DNA of 24,000 bases, taken from positions 4,816 through 28,815 of the forward strand of contig MNDM01000061.1 in assembly GCA_001914955.1 (NCBI GenBank), written 5' to 3'. The position numbers and the translations under genes were made by a program. The notes beneath the pieces were generated by a model that was given only the letters and a program-made list of their open reading frames with translations, had not been told where the DNA came from and did not search any database. Positions within the stretch are counted from its first letter, which is position 1. Each line of letters begins with the position of its first letter. Origin of the DNA: Nitrospirae bacterium 13_2_20CM_2_62_8 (GTDB taxonomy: Bacteria; Nitrospirota; Nitrospiria; Nitrospirales; Nitrospiraceae). This document shows positions 22,060-24,000 of the stretch, one piece after another.

Positions 22060-22916
22060 ACAAGCAGAACCTCGCGATCGGGCTGATGACTGTTGTCGTG
22101 CTGTTGTTCGTGCTCGGGGCTTCGCCCTTCTTCATCGTGGACATTACCCAGACCGCGATCGTCGTCCAGCTCGGGAAGCCGGTGCGCAACATCACCGAGC
22201 CCGGCCTCAAGTTCAAGGTGCCGTTCATCCAAGAGGTCACCTACTTCGACAAGCGCCTGCTGGATTATGACTCCTCCGCGCAGGACGTCATCACGCAGGA
22301 CAAGAAGACGATCCTGATCGACAATTTTGCCAAATGGCTCATCACCGACCCGCTGAAGGTCTACCAGGCTTTCCAGACGCAGCGCGGGGCGCTCCGGCGG
22401 CTGGACGATATCATCTATTCGGAGTTGCGCGTCGAGCTGGGACGGCATGACCTGTCCGAGATCGTATCCAAGACCCGTTCGGCGATCATGGCGGTGGTGA
22501 CCGAGCGGGCGAACGAGAAAGCGAACGCGTACGGCATCGAGGTGCAGGACGTTCGCATCAAACGGGCGGACCTGCCCGAGCAGAATGAAAAGGCGGTCTT
22601 CGCCCGGATGCAGGCGGAGCGGGAACGGCAAGCCAAGCAATACCGAGCGGAGGGAGCTGAGGAAGCCCAGAAGATCCGGTCCGAGGCCGAGAAGGACCGC
22701 GAGATCATCCTGGCGGAGGCCTATAAGACATCGGAGGAGCTACGGGGTGAGGGGGATGCCAAGGCGTTCAAGATTTACGCGGCGGCCTACCGGCAAGACC
22801 CGCGGTTCTTCGAGTTCACGCGCTCGATGGAGGCCTACAAGAAGACCTTCAACGGCAATGCGACCGTGGTGATGAGCCCGGACTCGGAGTTCTTCAAATT
22901 CCTGAAGCAGCGCTAA
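22056..22916 (+). CDS. hflC: FtsH protease modulator HflC (SPFH/band-7)
   Basis: It has an N-terminal TM segment, then FFIVDITQTAIVVQLGKP, GLKFKVPFIQEV, IEVQDVRIKRADLPE and RMQAERERQAKQYRAEGAEEA, collinear with HflC. Confidence 0.9.
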   Translation: MNKQNLAIGLMTVVVLLFVLGASPFFIVDITQTAIVVQLGKPVRNITEPGLKFKVPFIQEVTYFDKRLLDYDSSAQDVITQDKKTILIDNFAKWLITDPLKVYQAFQTQRGALRRLDDIIYSELRVELGRHDLSEIVSKTRSAIMAVVTERANEKANAYGIEVQDVRIKRADLPEQNEKAVFARMQAERERQAKQYRAEGAEEAQKIRSEAEKDREIILAEAYKTSEELRGEGDAKAFKIYAAAYRQDPRFFEFTRSMEAYKKTFNGNATVVMSPDSEFFKFLKQR

Positions 22917-22923
22917 TCAAAGA

Positions 22924-23010
22924 CAGTGAGGAGTAAGCAGTGAGGTGACGTCCCCTTACAGCTTGCTTCTTACGCCTTTCTTCTCTAACCTTACTCCTTA
23001 CTCCTCACTG
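22924..23010. repeat. Long inverted repeat built from GAGTAAG/CAGTGAG heptamers, filling the hflC-fhs convergent spacer (probable bidirectional terminator-like structure)
   Basis: The left arm 22924-22945 pairs with the right arm 22989-23010 at 21 of 22 positions (one C-C mismatch, one G-U). The minus strand reads eight consecutive heptads from 23010 to 22955, and a central GACGTC palindrome lies at 22948-22953. Confidence 0.75.
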
Positions 23011-23013
23011 ATA

Positions 23014-24000
23014 CTACGTCAGCCCGATGATCTCACCCGTCTCCGGATCCAGATCAATCAGTTCCCCCGCAGGCCGTTTCGGCAGTCCGGGCATGAGTTG
23101 GATCCCCGAGCAGATCGCCGTGAGGAAGCCGGCGCCGGCAGCGATCCGAAGCTCTTTGATCGGCACCGTGAACCCGGATGGCCGCCCTTTGAGCGCAGGA
23201 TCGTGCGAGAGCGACGAGGGGGTCTTGGCCATACAGATGGGCAAGCATCCGAAGCCCAATGTGGAGGCCGTCTCGATCTGCGCGTCCGCCTGTTCTTCGT
23301 AGCGCACACCCGCCGCGCCGTACATCCGCCGCGCGATCGTCTCGATCTTCTGCTTGATGGACGCGGCATCGGGGTAGAGCGGCGCGTACGCGGACGGGCG
23401 GTCGCAGGCCCTGACCACCGCCTCCGCTAACTCCTCCGTGCCTTTTCCCCCATCGGCCCACGGTGTGGCGACGACCGCAGCCACTGCTCCGGCCGCCACG
23501 GCTCGTTTCCGGGTATATTCCAGCTCGTCCGGGGGATCACCACCAAACGCATTGATGGCCACGACGGCCGGAACGCCGAACGCCTTCACGTTCTCGATGT
23601 GCTGCTCCAGGTTCGCCAGGCCCATGGCCAGCGCCTCTGGATTCGGCCCTGTCAGCCCTCTCGGGAGCGGCGCGCCCGGCCTTGCGGCCCCTCCACCGCC
23701 GTGCAGCTTCAGGGCTCGTAACGTCGCCACCACCACGGCTGCGTCGGGGCGGCATCCGGACACCCGACACTTGATGTGAAAAAATTTCTCCGCTCCGAGT
23801 TCACTCCCGAACCCTGCCTCGGTCACCACATAGTCCGCGCAGCGCAGCGCGATCGCATCGGCGAGGATGGAGCTGTTCCCGTGGGCAATGTTGCCGAAGG
23901 GCCCCGTATGCACAAACGCCGGCGTTCCCTCGACGGTCTGCAGCAGGTTCGGACAGAGGGCCTCCTTCAGCAACGCTGCCATCGCGCCCGCGCATTTCAG
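23014..24000 (-). CDS. fhs: Formate-tetrahydrofolate ligase, C-terminal ~328 aa (N-terminus outside the window)
   Basis: TPAFVHTGPFGNIAHGNSS, TEAGFGSELGAEKFFHIKCR, LRALKLHGG and AVVAINAF..D are hallmark Fhs segments. The frame is open to the window edge, and the stop TAG is at 23016-23014. Confidence 0.92.
   Translation of the reverse strand: MKCAGAMAALLKEALCPNLLQTVEGTPAFVHTGPFGNIAHGNSSILADAIALRCADYVVTEAGFGSELGAEKFFHIKCRVSGCRPDAAVVVATLRALKLHGGGGAARPGAPLPRGLTGPNPEALAMGLANLEQHIENVKAFGVPAVVAINAFGGDPPDELEYTRKRAVAAGAVAAVVATPWADGGKGTEELAEAVVRACDRPSAYAPLYPDAASIKQKIETIARRMYGAAGVRYEEQADAQIETASTLGFGCLPICMAKTPSSLSHDPALKGRPSGFTVPIKELRIAAGAGFLTAICSGIQLMPGLPKRPAGELIDLDPETGEIIGLT

Noticed and set aside
1-24000. 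A scan for CRISPR arrays, tRNA/rRNA genes, IS elements, integrases, toxin-antitoxin pairs or known defence-system genes.
   Set aside because: I saw no regularly spaced 25-40-nt repeats, no cloverleaf-like or rRNA-like regions, and no ORF with transposase, recombinase, nuclease or ATPase motifs typical of defence islands. The only repeats found are the heptamer arrays and the two-copy hairpin element reported above.

Overview
This is a 24-kb, almost fully coding stretch from a high-GC, Gram-negative-type bacterium. Hand counts of single 60-nt lines give about 68-72% GC in several genes and about 48-55% in two others. I cannot place the taxon from this window. All family calls rest on reading the supplied translations against remembered motifs, since no searches were run.

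Gene order, nearly all on the + strand:
- a partial TetR regulator;
- a Zn-ribbon/DUF1579-like protein;
- an Asp-box (BNR) beta-propeller translationally coupled to a MoaD/ThiS-like Gly-Gly protein;
- a TfoX-N-domain protein;
- a DUF488 gene broken by an internal out-of-frame deletion;
- a lower-GC periplasmic SBP56-like (selenium-binding protein / methanethiol oxidase) propeller;
- a sigma70-type promoter, a small Cys-rich secreted protein and a cusCBA-type Cu(I)/Ag(I) RND efflux operon, whose adaptor carries a Met-rich tract plus a YtkA/FixH-like domain;
- a lipoprotein-type truncated haemoglobin and a DUF2784 membrane protein;
- an arsM-arsS pair (arsenite methyltransferase plus radical-SAM arsenosugar-type enzyme), followed by a divergent PiT-family transporter and an outer-membrane beta-barrel;
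- a BamE-like/helix-hairpin-helix lipoprotein that runs head-on into a TonB-dependent receptor, with neither ORF stopping where its homology ends;
- a VOC-fold protein, hflK and hflC;
- the 3' part of fhs on the minus strand.

I saw no rRNA, tRNA, CRISPR array, transposase, integrase or recognisable defence gene.

Most worth follow-up:
1. A hairpin-containing intergenic element present in two unrelated spacers (about 1249-1365 and 14063-14222).
2. The BNR-propeller/MoaD-like coupled pair.
3. The arsM-arsS-PiT-porin block.
4. An exported truncated globin with an apparently fully apolar distal pocket.
5. GAGTnA heptamer arrays bracketing the VOC-hflKC block, one of them forming a long inverted repeat.
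6. The convergent gene collision at about 18.1-18.5 kb.
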